From Nitrospirota bacterium (GTDB taxonomy: Bacteria > JACPQY01): 64,000 nucleotides of DNA. The notes below the pieces were generated by a model. It was not told the DNA's origin and made no database searches. It saw only the letters and a list, made by a program, of their open reading frames with translations. Below, piece by piece: positions 18,164 to 27,609 of this stretch. The stretch covers positions 45,938 to 109,937 of the forward strand of contig JACPQY010000008.1 in NCBI GenBank assembly GCA_016190245.1, given 5' to 3'. The position numbers and the translations under genes are program-made. The stretch's first letter is position 1. The number at the start of each line of letters is the position of its first letter.

Positions 18164-20892
18164 GCCGGAACGGAGGCGGAGAAGTGCCGGACGCGGGACG
18201 GACTCCAATCCCCTGGCAGCAGGCAACGGCGGCCCACCGGCTTGCCGAGGCGCTGGGCTTGCTCTGGCGTGGCGAGCCTTTGAGCCCGCGCCTGAAGGAA
18301 GAGCACCGCCGCCTCCTTCTCCAGCGCGCCGCCACGCTCTGCTATGTCGGCCCCCCCATCTACCTTTTCACCATTCTCATCTACGACTACCTGTACCACC
18401 CGGCTGTTGTTTTCTCCGGAGGACTCCTGGCCAGCGTTCCTCCTTCTGCCGCCCTTCTCCTCCTTCGGCTGACCCTCCGCACCCGGTTCATGCAGCGTCA
18501 CTACAACCTTCCTCTCTTCCTCATCCTCGGTGTCTTCTCGAACTACGCGGAGACGATGAACCTCCAGCTCACGGGCGGCGGCGAGGGCGGGTTCTTCTTC
18601 CCCTACTTCCTCATCTACTTCACCCTGGCGGTCTACTACCAGGGCTCCTTCCCATGGGTTCTGGCCGCCGCCGCGCTCCTCATGTTCGGCTACGCGGGAT
18701 CGGAGTGGGCCCTCGGACGCGACTTCGCCTCCTCCCGTGTGACCTCGCACGTCATCTATCTGGCCGACGCCGCGGTGATCAGCCTGGTCGGCCAGCGGAT
18801 TGTCTACACGTGGTTCCTGCGCGACAAAAAGAGCCAGATCGAACTCGAAGAGGCCAACGCGCGTCTCAAGGACCTTGACCAGGCCAAGTCCACCTTCTTT
18901 GCCAACGTCTCACACGAGTTCAAGACACCGATGACGCTCATCTTGGGCCCGCTCGAGATGGCCCACGGCGACGCCCCGCCCGACACCGAGTCGGTGCCGT
19001 TTCCTCGCCGGACGTTCCTCTCGATCCTTCAGAACTCCTACCGGCTTTCCGGACTGATCAGCGACCTCCTGGACCTGACGCGCAGCGAGATGAAAAAGAC
19101 ACGCCTGCGCGCGGTGATCGTCTCGCGCCCGGCCGAGTATTTCCGGGGTGTCCTCACCTCGCTGGGTGCTCTGATGGAAGAGAAGGAGCTCTCCTATGAG
19201 TTGGAGGTACCGCCGCACCTCCTGTCCCACCGATTGGACGTGGAAAAAATCGACAAGGTCCTGGTCAATCTGGTGTCCAACGCCGCCAAGTTCACACCCA
19301 AAGGCGGCATGGTGCAGGCCCGTTTGTGGGACGAGCCGGCGCCCGTCGCCCCGGGGCCACCCACACTCATGATCAGCGTGCGCGACACCGGCATCGGCAT
19401 TCCCGCGGACAAGCTGCCGCACATTTTCGAGCGCTTCATGCAGGTGGATCCCTCCTCGACACGGGCCTATGGCGGCATGGGGATTGGGCTTTCGCTGGTG
19501 AAGGACTTTGTGGAGCTCCATGGGGGAACTGTGCAGGTGGAGAGCAGGGTTCGCTCCACGATCGCGGCGCGGTCCGCGCCATCGGCGGGCGCTTCCGGCA
19601 TCGCGCCCGGCCCCGAATTCAACCCGGGCCCGTCCGTGGCGCACGGCACGGAAGTGACGGTCGCGCTCCCTCGGCGTTCCGAGGACTTGGTGACGGCCTC
19701 AACCGTCCGAGCCGCCCCCGGAGCCGAGGACAACAAGCTCCAGCGGCAGGTCTGGGCCTTGCGGCCCTCGGTGGTAGCGGGCATGCCCGCCGCCGCGGCC
19801 GGCCCCTCGGGTGCCCGTACGCTCCTCCTTGTGGACGACAGTCCCCAGATGCTCGCCATGCTCCAGGATGTTCTCCACGAATACCGGACGGTCGTTGCCG
19901 GCGACGGCGAAGAGGCCCTCCGCGTCGCGCGCGAGACACCGCCCGATTTGATCGTGAGCGACATCATGATGCCGAAAGTGGACGGCTACACCCTCGTCCG
20001 CGAGCTTCGCGGCGACCCGGTGCTGAAGGGGATCCCGATCCTCCTCCTGACGGCAAAATCGGGTGAAGAGGATTTGTGTATGGGCTTCTCGTCGGGCGCG
20101 GACGACTACGTCATGAAGCCCTTCGGCCCCCGCGAACTGCGCGTGCGCGTCGGCAACCTCTTGCGCATCCAGGCCCAGAAGCGCGCCCTCGAGGAGGCAA
20201 ATCAGAAACTCCGAGAGACACAGGGTGAGCTGGTGCTGGCGGAGAAGCTCTCGGCGGTGGGCATTCTGGCGGGGGGAATGGCTCATGAGCTCAACAACCC
20301 CGTGGGCGCCGTCCGCAACTACGTCCAGGATCTTCTCGAAGACACGTCCCCGGAGGATCCGCGCTGGGAGCGCCTGAAAAAGATGGAAATGGCGACGGCG
20401 CGGTGCCGCCGCCTCGTCAGCGATCTCCTGACCTTTGCGCGGCAGAACCAGCAGCTTGAGCAGGCGGATGTCAACGAGGTGGTGGCGGCGACGCTGGCGG
20501 ACGCCCGTCGGGAATCCGCCAAAGAAGGCGTGAGCCTCAGCGCCCACTTCGGGCGCGATCTGCCCAAGATCCGGATGGACCGGGCCCAGATCCGACAGGT
20601 CCTCATGAACCTGATCATGAACGCCCAGGACGCCATTCAGGGCAAAGGCGAGATCGCCGTCCGGACGCGGCACGAGGGCCCGCGCGTGCTCATCCAGGTT
20701 TCCGACACCGGCGCGGGCATCCCGCCCGACATCCGGAGCAAGGTCTTCGATCCCTTCTTCACCACGAAAATCAACGGCCGCGGCCTCGGCCTCGCCATGA
20801 GCTATGACCTCGTGAAGCGGCATAACGGCGACATTTCGGTGGAAAGCCGGCCGGGACGAGGCAGCACGTTCTGCGTCTCGCTGCCGACATGA
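18154..20892 (+). CDS. Membrane-bound hybrid sensor histidine kinase with two kinase cores (TM sensor - HisKA/HATPase - REC - HisKA/HATPase)
   Basis: There are about 6 N-terminal TM helices. The first H-box is ANVSHEFKTPM with G-box GGMGIGLSLV. The REC domain is LLVDDSPQML...DIMMPKVDG. The second H-box is MAHELNNPVGAV with G-box GRGLGLAMSY. The start overlaps the upstream hydrolase gene by 10 nt. Confidence 0.85.
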   Translation: MGLSRNGGGEVPDAGRTPIPWQQATAAHRLAEALGLLWRGEPLSPRLKEEHRRLLLQRAATLCYVGPPIYLFTILIYDYLYHPAVVFSGGLLASVPPSAALLLLRLTLRTRFMQRHYNLPLFLILGVFSNYAETMNLQLTGGGEGGFFFPYFLIYFTLAVYYQGSFPWVLAAAALLMFGYAGSEWALGRDFASSRVTSHVIYLADAAVISLVGQRIVYTWFLRDKKSQIELEEANARLKDLDQAKSTFFANVSHEFKTPMTLILGPLEMAHGDAPPDTESVPFPRRTFLSILQNSYRLSGLISDLLDLTRSEMKKTRLRAVIVSRPAEYFRGVLTSLGALMEEKELSYELEVPPHLLSHRLDVEKIDKVLVNLVSNAAKFTPKGGMVQARLWDEPAPVAPGPPTLMISVRDTGIGIPADKLPHIFERFMQVDPSSTRAYGGMGIGLSLVKDFVELHGGTVQVESRVRSTIAARSAPSAGASGIAPGPEFNPGPSVAHGTEVTVALPRRSEDLVTASTVRAAPGAEDNKLQRQVWALRPSVVAGMPAAAAGPSGARTLLLVDDSPQMLAMLQDVLHEYRTVVAGDGEEALRVARETPPDLIVSDIMMPKVDGYTLVRELRGDPVLKGIPILLLTAKSGEEDLCMGFSSGADDYVMKPFGPRELRVRVGNLLRIQAQKRALEEANQKLRETQGELVLAEKLSAVGILAGGMAHELNNPVGAVRNYVQDLLEDTSPEDPRWERLKKMEMATARCRRLVSDLLTFARQNQQLEQADVNEVVAATLADARRESAKEGVSLSAHFGRDLPKIRMDRAQIRQVLMNLIMNAQDAIQGKGEIAVRTRHEGPRVLIQVSDTGAGIPPDIRSKVFDPFFTTKINGRGLGLAMSYDLVKRHNGDISVESRPGRGSTFCVSLPT

Positions 20893-23765
20893 AAAGCATG
20901 AAAAGCACACCACCCGTTCCCCGCTTGGAGCCCGAGGTGACCGGTCCGATCCGGGTGCTCCTGCTCGAGGACGACGAGGACTTCCGCGTGTCCCTCGCGC
21001 TGCGCCTGCGCAAGAAAAACCTTACCGTGGTCGAAACCGCCGTGGCACCCGAGGCGATCGAACAGCTCGGTAAGGTGGAGTTCGACGTCGTCATCTCCGA
21101 CATCCGCCTGGGGGAAATGGACGGGATCGCGTTCCTGCGCGCGGTGAGGCGCGTGGTCCCCCGGCTGCCGGTCATCTTCCTGACCGGCTACCCCAGCGTG
21201 GAAACGGCCAAGGATGCCGTGGAGCTTCGCGCCCAGGCCTATCTCCTCAAGCCCCTCGACGATCTCGACGAGCTGGTGGAACCTCTCCACCGCGCCGTCC
21301 GCCAGTACCGCCTCCAGATCGAGAACGAGAGGCTCGTTCGGGAACTGAAGGAATCGGAGGAGCGGTACCGCCAACTCTTCGAGGGGGCGCGGGACATCAT
21401 CTACCTGGCGGGCCCCGACGGGCGGCTCAAGCTCGTCAATCGGAGGGTGGAAGACGTGACCGGCTTCGCGGTGTCCGAGTTGGTGGGACAGCCGGTCGAA
21501 AGGCTCCTGACCGCGGCCGAAGGGCAAACCGAGCTCTCCCGACCCAATCCGGACGGCCTCGTGGAGGTGGTGCTGATGACTCGGAACGGAGCGCGATTCG
21601 ACTGCGAGTTGAGCGTCACGGAGGTCCGGAACGGCTCGACACTCGTGGGCGTTCATGGCATCCTCCGCGACGTGACCGAGCGCCGGGCCCTGGAGGAGAC
21701 CTGGAAGCGGTACGCCTTCATCGTGGACGCCTCGAGGGACATCATGGCGCTCGTGGACCGCGGATTCCTCTGCGTGGCGGCCAACGAGGCCTACTGTCGC
21801 GCCCACGGCAAGCCCCGAGAGGAGATCGTCGGCCGTTCCCTGGTGGACGCCTGGAACCAGAATGGCGTGGCCCACACCCTCCGGCGCCATTTGGACGCCT
21901 GTTTCGAAGGCCGCTCCTCGGAGTGCGAGATCGCGTACCGCTTCGAGGGGTTCGGCCTCCGGCAGCTCAGCGTGAACTGCTACCCTTACACGTCCGCCGC
22001 CGGGGTCACTCACGCCGCGGTCATGATGCACGACATCACGGAGCGGAAGCAGGCGGAGGGTGCCTTGCGCGAGAGCGAAGAGCGCTACGCCCTGGCCGTC
22101 CGGGGGGCGAACGACGGGCTGTGGGATTGGGATCTCAGAACCGAGGCCATGTATTTCTCTCCCCGCTGGAAGACGATGCTGGGGTATGCCGAAGAAGAAA
22201 TCGGCAGCCGGCCGGACGAGTGGTTCAGGCGTGTGCACCCGACGGAGCTTGAACACGTCCGCGTGGCCCTCAGCACGCATCTGAAAGGCTACACCCCTCA
22301 CTTCGAGAGCGAACACCGCATTCGCCACAAGGACGGCACCTACCGCTGGGTGCTCAGCCGGGGGCTCGCCGTTCGCGACGGCAAGGACAAGGCCTACCGT
22401 GTCTGTGGCTCGCAGACGGACATCACCCCCCGCAAGCAAGTGGAGCAGCAGCTCGTCCACGACGCCTTCCACGACGCCCTCACCGGCATGCCCAACCGCG
22501 CGCTCTTCCTGGATCGCCTGAGCCAGTCGTGCAAGCGGCTCAAGCGGCGGCGGGATTACATGTTTGCCGTCGTCTTCCTCGATCTCGACAGATTCAAAGT
22601 CGTCAACGACAGCCTCGGTCACATGGTGGGGGACCAGCTCCTCGTGGCCGTCGCGCGGCGCCTCGAGCGCTGCCTCCGGCCCGGTGATACCGTCGCGCGC
22701 CTGGGCGGCGACGAATTCGGCATCCTCCTCGACGACATCGGAGACGTGAAGGACGCCACCCGCGTGGTGGAACGGATCCAAAACCAGCTCGCCCATCCGC
22801 TGCGCCTCAAAGAGCAGGAGGTCTTCACGAGCGCAAGCATCGGGATCGCGCTCAGTGCCGGAGGCTACGAGCGGCCCGAGGAACTCCTGCGCGACGCCGA
22901 TACGGCCATGTACCGCGCCAAGGCCCTCGGCAAGGCGCGCCACGAGGTATTCGACAAGGGGATGCACGAGCACGCCGTGGCCCAGCTCGAGTTGGAAACG
23001 GATCTGCGCCGCGCCCTGGAGCGCGAGGAACTCAGGCTCGAATACCAGCCCATCGTCGCCCTCCCCTCGGGCCGCCTCGTCGGGTTCGAGGCGCTGGCGA
23101 GGTGGAGACACCCGACGCGCGGGAGCATTCCACCGGCACATTTCATCCCCGTGGCGGAAGAGACCGGCCTCATCGTGCCCATCGGCCGATGGGTCCTGCG
23201 CGAGGCCTGCCGCCGCATGCGCGAGTGGCAATCGGCCGCACAGGCGCGCGAGCGGCTCTCCATCAGCGTCAACCTCTCCAGCAAGCAATTCCCGCGCACC
23301 AATCTTGGGGGGGAGATCAAGCGGATTCTGGAGGAAACAGGACTCGATCCGCGCTGCCTGAAACTGGAGATTACCGAGAGCGTGATCATGGAAAACGAGG
23401 AATCGGCGACCCGGACGCTCCTGGAGTTGCGCGACATGGACATCGACCTGTGCATTGACGACTTCGGAACGGGCTATTCCTCTCTAAGCAACCTCCACCG
23501 GCTTCCTATCACCACGCTCAAGATCGATCGCTCCTTCGTGGGCCGAATGGGGCCGACAGGCGAGAACTCCGAGATCGTGCGCGCGATCGTCACGCTGGCC
23601 CACAACCTGGGCATGAAGGTCGTGGCGGAAGGGATCGAGACCCGGGAGCAGGCCTCGTTGCTGGCGCGCCTCGAGTGCGAATACGGCCAGGGCTACTTCG
23701 TCTCGAAGCCGCTCGAGCAGCAGGGAGTTGAGGCGCTGCTCGCGCTGGGTGGCTGGTCCGCCTAG
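20889..23765 (+). CDS. Response-regulator receiver + PAS/PAC + GGDEF + EAL protein (c-di-GMP cyclase/phosphodiesterase)
   Basis: It has a REC domain (VLLLEDDEDF...DIRLGEMDG), PAS/PAC repeats, an intact GGDEF motif (RLGGDEFGIL), an intact EAL motif (GFEALARW), and a DDFGTGYSSL region. The start overlaps the HK stop as ATGA. Confidence 0.85.
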   Translation: MKSMKSTPPVPRLEPEVTGPIRVLLLEDDEDFRVSLALRLRKKNLTVVETAVAPEAIEQLGKVEFDVVISDIRLGEMDGIAFLRAVRRVVPRLPVIFLTGYPSVETAKDAVELRAQAYLLKPLDDLDELVEPLHRAVRQYRLQIENERLVRELKESEERYRQLFEGARDIIYLAGPDGRLKLVNRRVEDVTGFAVSELVGQPVERLLTAAEGQTELSRPNPDGLVEVVLMTRNGARFDCELSVTEVRNGSTLVGVHGILRDVTERRALEETWKRYAFIVDASRDIMALVDRGFLCVAANEAYCRAHGKPREEIVGRSLVDAWNQNGVAHTLRRHLDACFEGRSSECEIAYRFEGFGLRQLSVNCYPYTSAAGVTHAAVMMHDITERKQAEGALRESEERYALAVRGANDGLWDWDLRTEAMYFSPRWKTMLGYAEEEIGSRPDEWFRRVHPTELEHVRVALSTHLKGYTPHFESEHRIRHKDGTYRWVLSRGLAVRDGKDKAYRVCGSQTDITPRKQVEQQLVHDAFHDALTGMPNRALFLDRLSQSCKRLKRRRDYMFAVVFLDLDRFKVVNDSLGHMVGDQLLVAVARRLERCLRPGDTVARLGGDEFGILLDDIGDVKDATRVVERIQNQLAHPLRLKEQEVFTSASIGIALSAGGYERPEELLRDADTAMYRAKALGKARHEVFDKGMHEHAVAQLELETDLRRALEREELRLEYQPIVALPSGRLVGFEALARWRHPTRGSIPPAHFIPVAEETGLIVPIGRWVLREACRRMREWQSAAQARERLSISVNLSSKQFPRTNLGGEIKRILEETGLDPRCLKLEITESVIMENEESATRTLLELRDMDIDLCIDDFGTGYSSLSNLHRLPITTLKIDRSFVGRMGPTGENSEIVRAIVTLAHNLGMKVVAEGIETREQASLLARLECEYGQGYFVSKPLEQQGVEALLALGGWSA

Positions 23766-23821
23766 GCGGACTGGTCCTGAGCGATTCGGCGCGGTAGACT
23801 GCGCTCAAGAATGGTGACGCT

Positions 23822-24886
23822 GTGACCCGCGAAGGCCTCCTCATCTATGGGGCCTACGGCTACACGGGCGAGCTGGTGGCCCGGTGGGCGGTACGCAAGG
23901 GACTTCGTCCGCTCCTTGCCGGACGCGATGGCGCGAAGGTGCGACTGCTTGCCGAGACCCTCGGCCTGGAGAGCCTCGCGTTCCCTCTCGATGATGCCGC
24001 GGCGCTCTCGGACGCCGTGGCGAAGGTCCGCGTTGTTGTCCACTGCGCCGGCCCCTTCATCCACACCTCGGAGCTTGTGGCGGGGGCCTGTCTCAAACAG
24101 GGCGCGCACTATCTCGACATCACCGGGGAGGTGGACGTGTTCGAGGCTCTGGCCGCGAGGGATGCGGAGGCGCGCGAGGCCGGCGTGATGCTCATGCCGG
24201 GGGTTGGTTTCGACGTCGTGCCCTCGGATTGCCTCGCGGTTCATCTCCGCAACCGTCTCCCCTCTGCCACCCACTTGGCCCTCGCGTTCAGCGGCCTCGG
24301 CGCCGGGTTCTCGCGTGGCACGCTCACGACGATGGTGGAGCACATGCATCGCGGCGGTCTCGCGCGGCAGCGCGGCGCTCTCGTGCCCGTGCCGCCCGCG
24401 TGGAAAACGCGGCGGATCGACTTCGGATTGAGCTCGCCCCTGGAGGCTGTCACGCTGCCATGGGGGGATCTCTCCGCGGCCTTCGTCAGCACGGGGATCC
24501 CGAACATCGAGACCTACGCGGTGCTCCCCGGCCCCATGCGCCTCGCCCTGCAGGCGGGCCGCCTGGCGGGACCGTTGCTCAAGTCGAACACCCTGCGCGA
24601 GGTCCTCAAGATGGGCGTCCGCGCCGGCCAGGCCGGGCCGACCGAGGCCGAGCGGGCGCGCGGATTCAGCGTCCTGTGGGGAGAGGCCTCCGACGAACAC
24701 ACGGGCCTGCGCGTGGTCTCCCGCCTGCGCACCCCGGAGGGCTACACGCTCACGGCGATGACGGCGGTCCTGATCGCGCAGAAGGTTGTGGCGGGCGAGG
24801 CCCCCGCGGGTTTCCAGACCCCCGCGAAAGCCTACGGTCCGGACCTGATCCTCGAATTCGAAGGCATCGAACGCACCGACGTGTAG
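23822..24886 (+). CDS. Saccharopine dehydrogenase-family NAD(P)-binding protein
   Basis: The N-terminal Rossmann motif is LLIYGAYGYTGELV, and the family fold is conserved. It lies 57 nt downstream of the GGDEF/EAL gene. Confidence 0.7.
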   Translation: MTREGLLIYGAYGYTGELVARWAVRKGLRPLLAGRDGAKVRLLAETLGLESLAFPLDDAAALSDAVAKVRVVVHCAGPFIHTSELVAGACLKQGAHYLDITGEVDVFEALAARDAEAREAGVMLMPGVGFDVVPSDCLAVHLRNRLPSATHLALAFSGLGAGFSRGTLTTMVEHMHRGGLARQRGALVPVPPAWKTRRIDFGLSSPLEAVTLPWGDLSAAFVSTGIPNIETYAVLPGPMRLALQAGRLAGPLLKSNTLREVLKMGVRAGQAGPTEAERARGFSVLWGEASDEHTGLRVVSRLRTPEGYTLTAMTAVLIAQKVVAGEAPAGFQTPAKAYGPDLILEFEGIERTDV

Positions 24887-24980
24887 CCGTCAAGCGCCTG
24901 AACTCTCTCGCCCCACTCGGAAGTCTCGTCCAAGCGACCCGAAGAAGCTCCGCGGGGCCTCTGCGGTGACGGGCCGGATC

Positions 24981-25841
24981 CTACGAGATGGGCTTGCGCC
25001 CGGAAACCACTCGGACGGCCATCGGCAGCGCCAGATGACCGTTCCTGCGGAACTTCGAGACGGCTTGCTTGATCTCGGCCTCGGCCCCGGCCTTCTGCTC
25101 CGTGCTCAACTTCGCAAAGAGCGTCTGAAGGGGCGCCGCGATCTCCATCAGGGCCTCGAAGTACTCATCGGCCGAGGCGTAGAATGACTCTCCCACAGTT
25201 TCGTCCTCCACGATCGTGTCGAGTCCGGCGGATTCCATGGTTCCGCGCAGATCGCCGGGTTTCGCGAGCCGGAAGATGCCGGGCTGGTCCGGATCGGGCG
25301 TTGGAAGGGAGAGCATCTTCTTCAAAACGCCCATGGGAGCGGATGTCATGGGGTTCTTCTCGGGGGCGGACCACACGGCCGCCGCGAGATAGCCGCCGGG
25401 TTTCAGAACACGGGCGATGTCGCGCACGGCCTTCTGAATGTCGGGGAGGAACATGAGACAGAACCGGCTGGTGACGGCGTCGAAAGAAGCGTCGCCCAAG
25501 TCAATCGCACATGCGTCGGCTGCCATGAACTCCACGTTCGAGAGACCTTGTTCCTTCGCTTTCCTCCGGGCAACCGTCAGCATTGCCTCCGAAAGGTCGA
25601 GTCCGACGACAGACCCCTCGGGTGTCACGGCCTGGGCAGCGAGAAGCGCCGGGTAGCCCGTGCCCGATCCCAAGTCCAACACACGAAAGCCGGGCCGCAG
25701 TCGTGCTTCGGCGACGAGCCGATAGTTGATGAACGATAGGTTCCTGTCGAAGACAGCGTCCCATTTCTCCCATCCCGGCGCCACGCGGGTCCACTCTTCC
25801 CTTTGCGTTGAAATCACATCTTGCGCAGTCATGTTCGCCAT
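24981..25841 (-). CDS. Class I SAM-dependent methyltransferase (UbiE/COQ5-like)
   Basis: Motif I is VLDLGSGTGY, and the post-I motif is GLDLSEAML. Confidence 0.75.
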   Translation of the reverse strand: MANMTAQDVISTQREEWTRVAPGWEKWDAVFDRNLSFINYRLVAEARLRPGFRVLDLGSGTGYPALLAAQAVTPEGSVVGLDLSEAMLTVARRKAKEQGLSNVEFMAADACAIDLGDASFDAVTSRFCLMFLPDIQKAVRDIARVLKPGGYLAAAVWSAPEKNPMTSAPMGVLKKMLSLPTPDPDQPGIFRLAKPGDLRGTMESAGLDTIVEDETVGESFYASADEYFEALMEIAAPLQTLFAKLSTEQKAGAEAEIKQAVSKFRRNGHLALPMAVRVVSGRKPIS

Positions 25842-25968
25842 GAATGACCTCCCCGGGGCCATTTGATGACCTCGTGAGGCTACATTACCGGCTCACCGCC
25901 CCGTGTCAAGTCAGGGCCTGCTCAGAGGCACTATCTGTGAGGACCCGTCAAAGTGGGGGCCGGCCCGG

Positions 25969-26730
25969 CTACCAGCGGGAGAGCGCAGCGGCCATGAGGT
26001 TGAGGGCCGCGGGCGTGCGCTCGGCGGCATCGAGGCCCACGTGCGCCATGGCGCCCCAGTGGCGCGTGAAGAAGCGTTGACCGCGCAGGAGCCCGTGGCC
26101 GTTCTTCCTCAACTCGGTCTCGGGCCCCGAACCGAGGAGGATCACCTGCCGCCCCCAGCCGCCGGAGACCTCCACGAAGTTTTCCGCATCCTCCATGACG
26201 TACCGCACCGCCAGGACTCCGAGGAATCCCAGTTCGCCGTGGCTCGGAACGAAAAAGACGCGCTCGCGCAGGTACCAGTTCCCAAGGTACTGCCCTGGCG
26301 AGAGCCCGATGAGGTGAACTGTGTCGTCGGCATAGCGCATGTTCCGATAGCTCATCGAAAATTCCCAACTTCGCGGGAGACCTTGGAAGATCTCCGCCAA
26401 CGCATCGGTGGTTGGCATCACGTCGGGGTCGGCGACCGCTTGGAAGCGTAGATTCCCGTAGGCCCTCGGCCAGAGGTCCAAGTAGCCGTCCAGCGCCACC
26501 CCCTGGTCCCAGCGATCGAATCGAGTGAGGCGGAATCCCTCGAGGGCGAGGGAGCCCCGATCCCATCGGCGTTCGGCGGAAAGGGTGGCGGCATGCCAGT
26601 CATCGCGGTCCCTTTCGAACCGGGAGTACTCGTATCGGGCGGAGGCTTTCCAGGGAAATTCGTCGGCGTCCGCTTCAGGGATCGCGAAGTGGAGGGCCAG
26701 GAGTGCGAACCAGAGCTGAAGCCGGGTCAT
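25969..26730 (-). CDS. Hypothetical secreted protein, possibly an outer-membrane beta-barrel (YaiO-like)
   Basis: It has a signal peptide (MTRLQLWFALLALHFAIPEA) and alternating aromatic/hydrophobic strands, and it ends in an aromatic residue. Confidence 0.4.
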   Translation of the reverse strand: MTRLQLWFALLALHFAIPEADADEFPWKASARYEYSRFERDRDDWHAATLSAERRWDRGSLALEGFRLTRFDRWDQGVALDGYLDLWPRAYGNLRFQAVADPDVMPTTDALAEIFQGLPRSWEFSMSYRNMRYADDTVHLIGLSPGQYLGNWYLRERVFFVPSHGELGFLGVLAVRYVMEDAENFVEVSGGWGRQVILLGSGPETELRKNGHGLLRGQRFFTRHWGAMAHVGLDAAERTPAALNLMAAALSRW

Positions 26731-26853
26731 GCCTCGCGGGACGTGACGGCTTTCACCGGGGCCATGGCATCAACCCTCTGGGGCACTGGTTCTCGACTCC
26801 GCTCCGCTTCGCTCGAACCACAGTCTTCGAGCGTGTCGAGAAGTTCATTCCGC

Positions 26854-27609
26854 TCAGGGCTTGCCGCCGTTGCCGGCGAGTTCGAGCACCTTCTTGAGAT
26901 CGGTCCGCGCCTCCCACTGGCTCCTCGGGTTTCGCAGGAGATAGGCCGGATGGAACGCGGGCACGAGCTTCGTGCCCTCGAAATCGAACGCCTTCCCCCG
27001 CAGCTTCGTGATGGGATCGGTTGTGCGCAGCAGCGTATGGGCCGCGTGCTTGCCCAGCGCGCAGACGACCTTCGGGCGGATCGCGCGGATCTGACGCAGC
27101 ATAAACGGCGAGCACGTTTGTGCCTCGACCGGATCGGGGTCGCGGTTTTCCGGGGGGCGGCACTTGAGCACGTTGCAGATGTAAACGTCGCTGCGGTTGA
27201 GCCCGAACGCCTTGAGCATGTTCGTGAGCAACTGGCCCGCGCGCCCCACGAAGGGCTCCCCCTTGGCATCTTCATCCGCGCCCGGGGCTTCTCCGACGAA
27301 CACGATCCGAGCCTTGGGGTTACCCACGCCGAAGACGATGTTCCTGCGAGTCTGGTGGAGCCGGCAGCGCGTGCAGTCGCCGAGGTCGTCGCGGATCTTC
27401 TCAAGGGTATCGGCGGTGGCCTGCGGCGCGGGCGGGGCGGGCGCGGGGTCGCCTGGTGATGTGGCGAGGATGGTTGCGGCCTTGGCCGAGGCCGGGGGGG
27501 GGGCGCCGGGGATAGGGAAGAGGACGCCCGAACGGCCCAGATAGGCGAAGTAGTCGCGCAGGGCGCGGACCGACTCGGCCAGATCGGCCGCGTGCCCGCG
27601 CCTACTCAA
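26854..27609 (-). CDS. Uracil-DNA glycosylase, family 4
   Basis: It has the GEAPG(A)DED motif (IVFVGEAPGADEDAKGEPFVGRAG) and the HPAYLLR motif. Confidence 0.8.
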   Translation of the reverse strand: MSRRGHAADLAESVRALRDYFAYLGRSGVLFPIPGAPPPASAKAATILATSPGDPAPAPPAPQATADTLEKIRDDLGDCTRCRLHQTRRNIVFGVGNPKARIVFVGEAPGADEDAKGEPFVGRAGQLLTNMLKAFGLNRSDVYICNVLKCRPPENRDPDPVEAQTCSPFMLRQIRAIRPKVVCALGKHAAHTLLRTTDPITKLRGKAFDFEGTKLVPAFHPAYLLRNPRSQWEARTDLKKVLELAGNGGKP

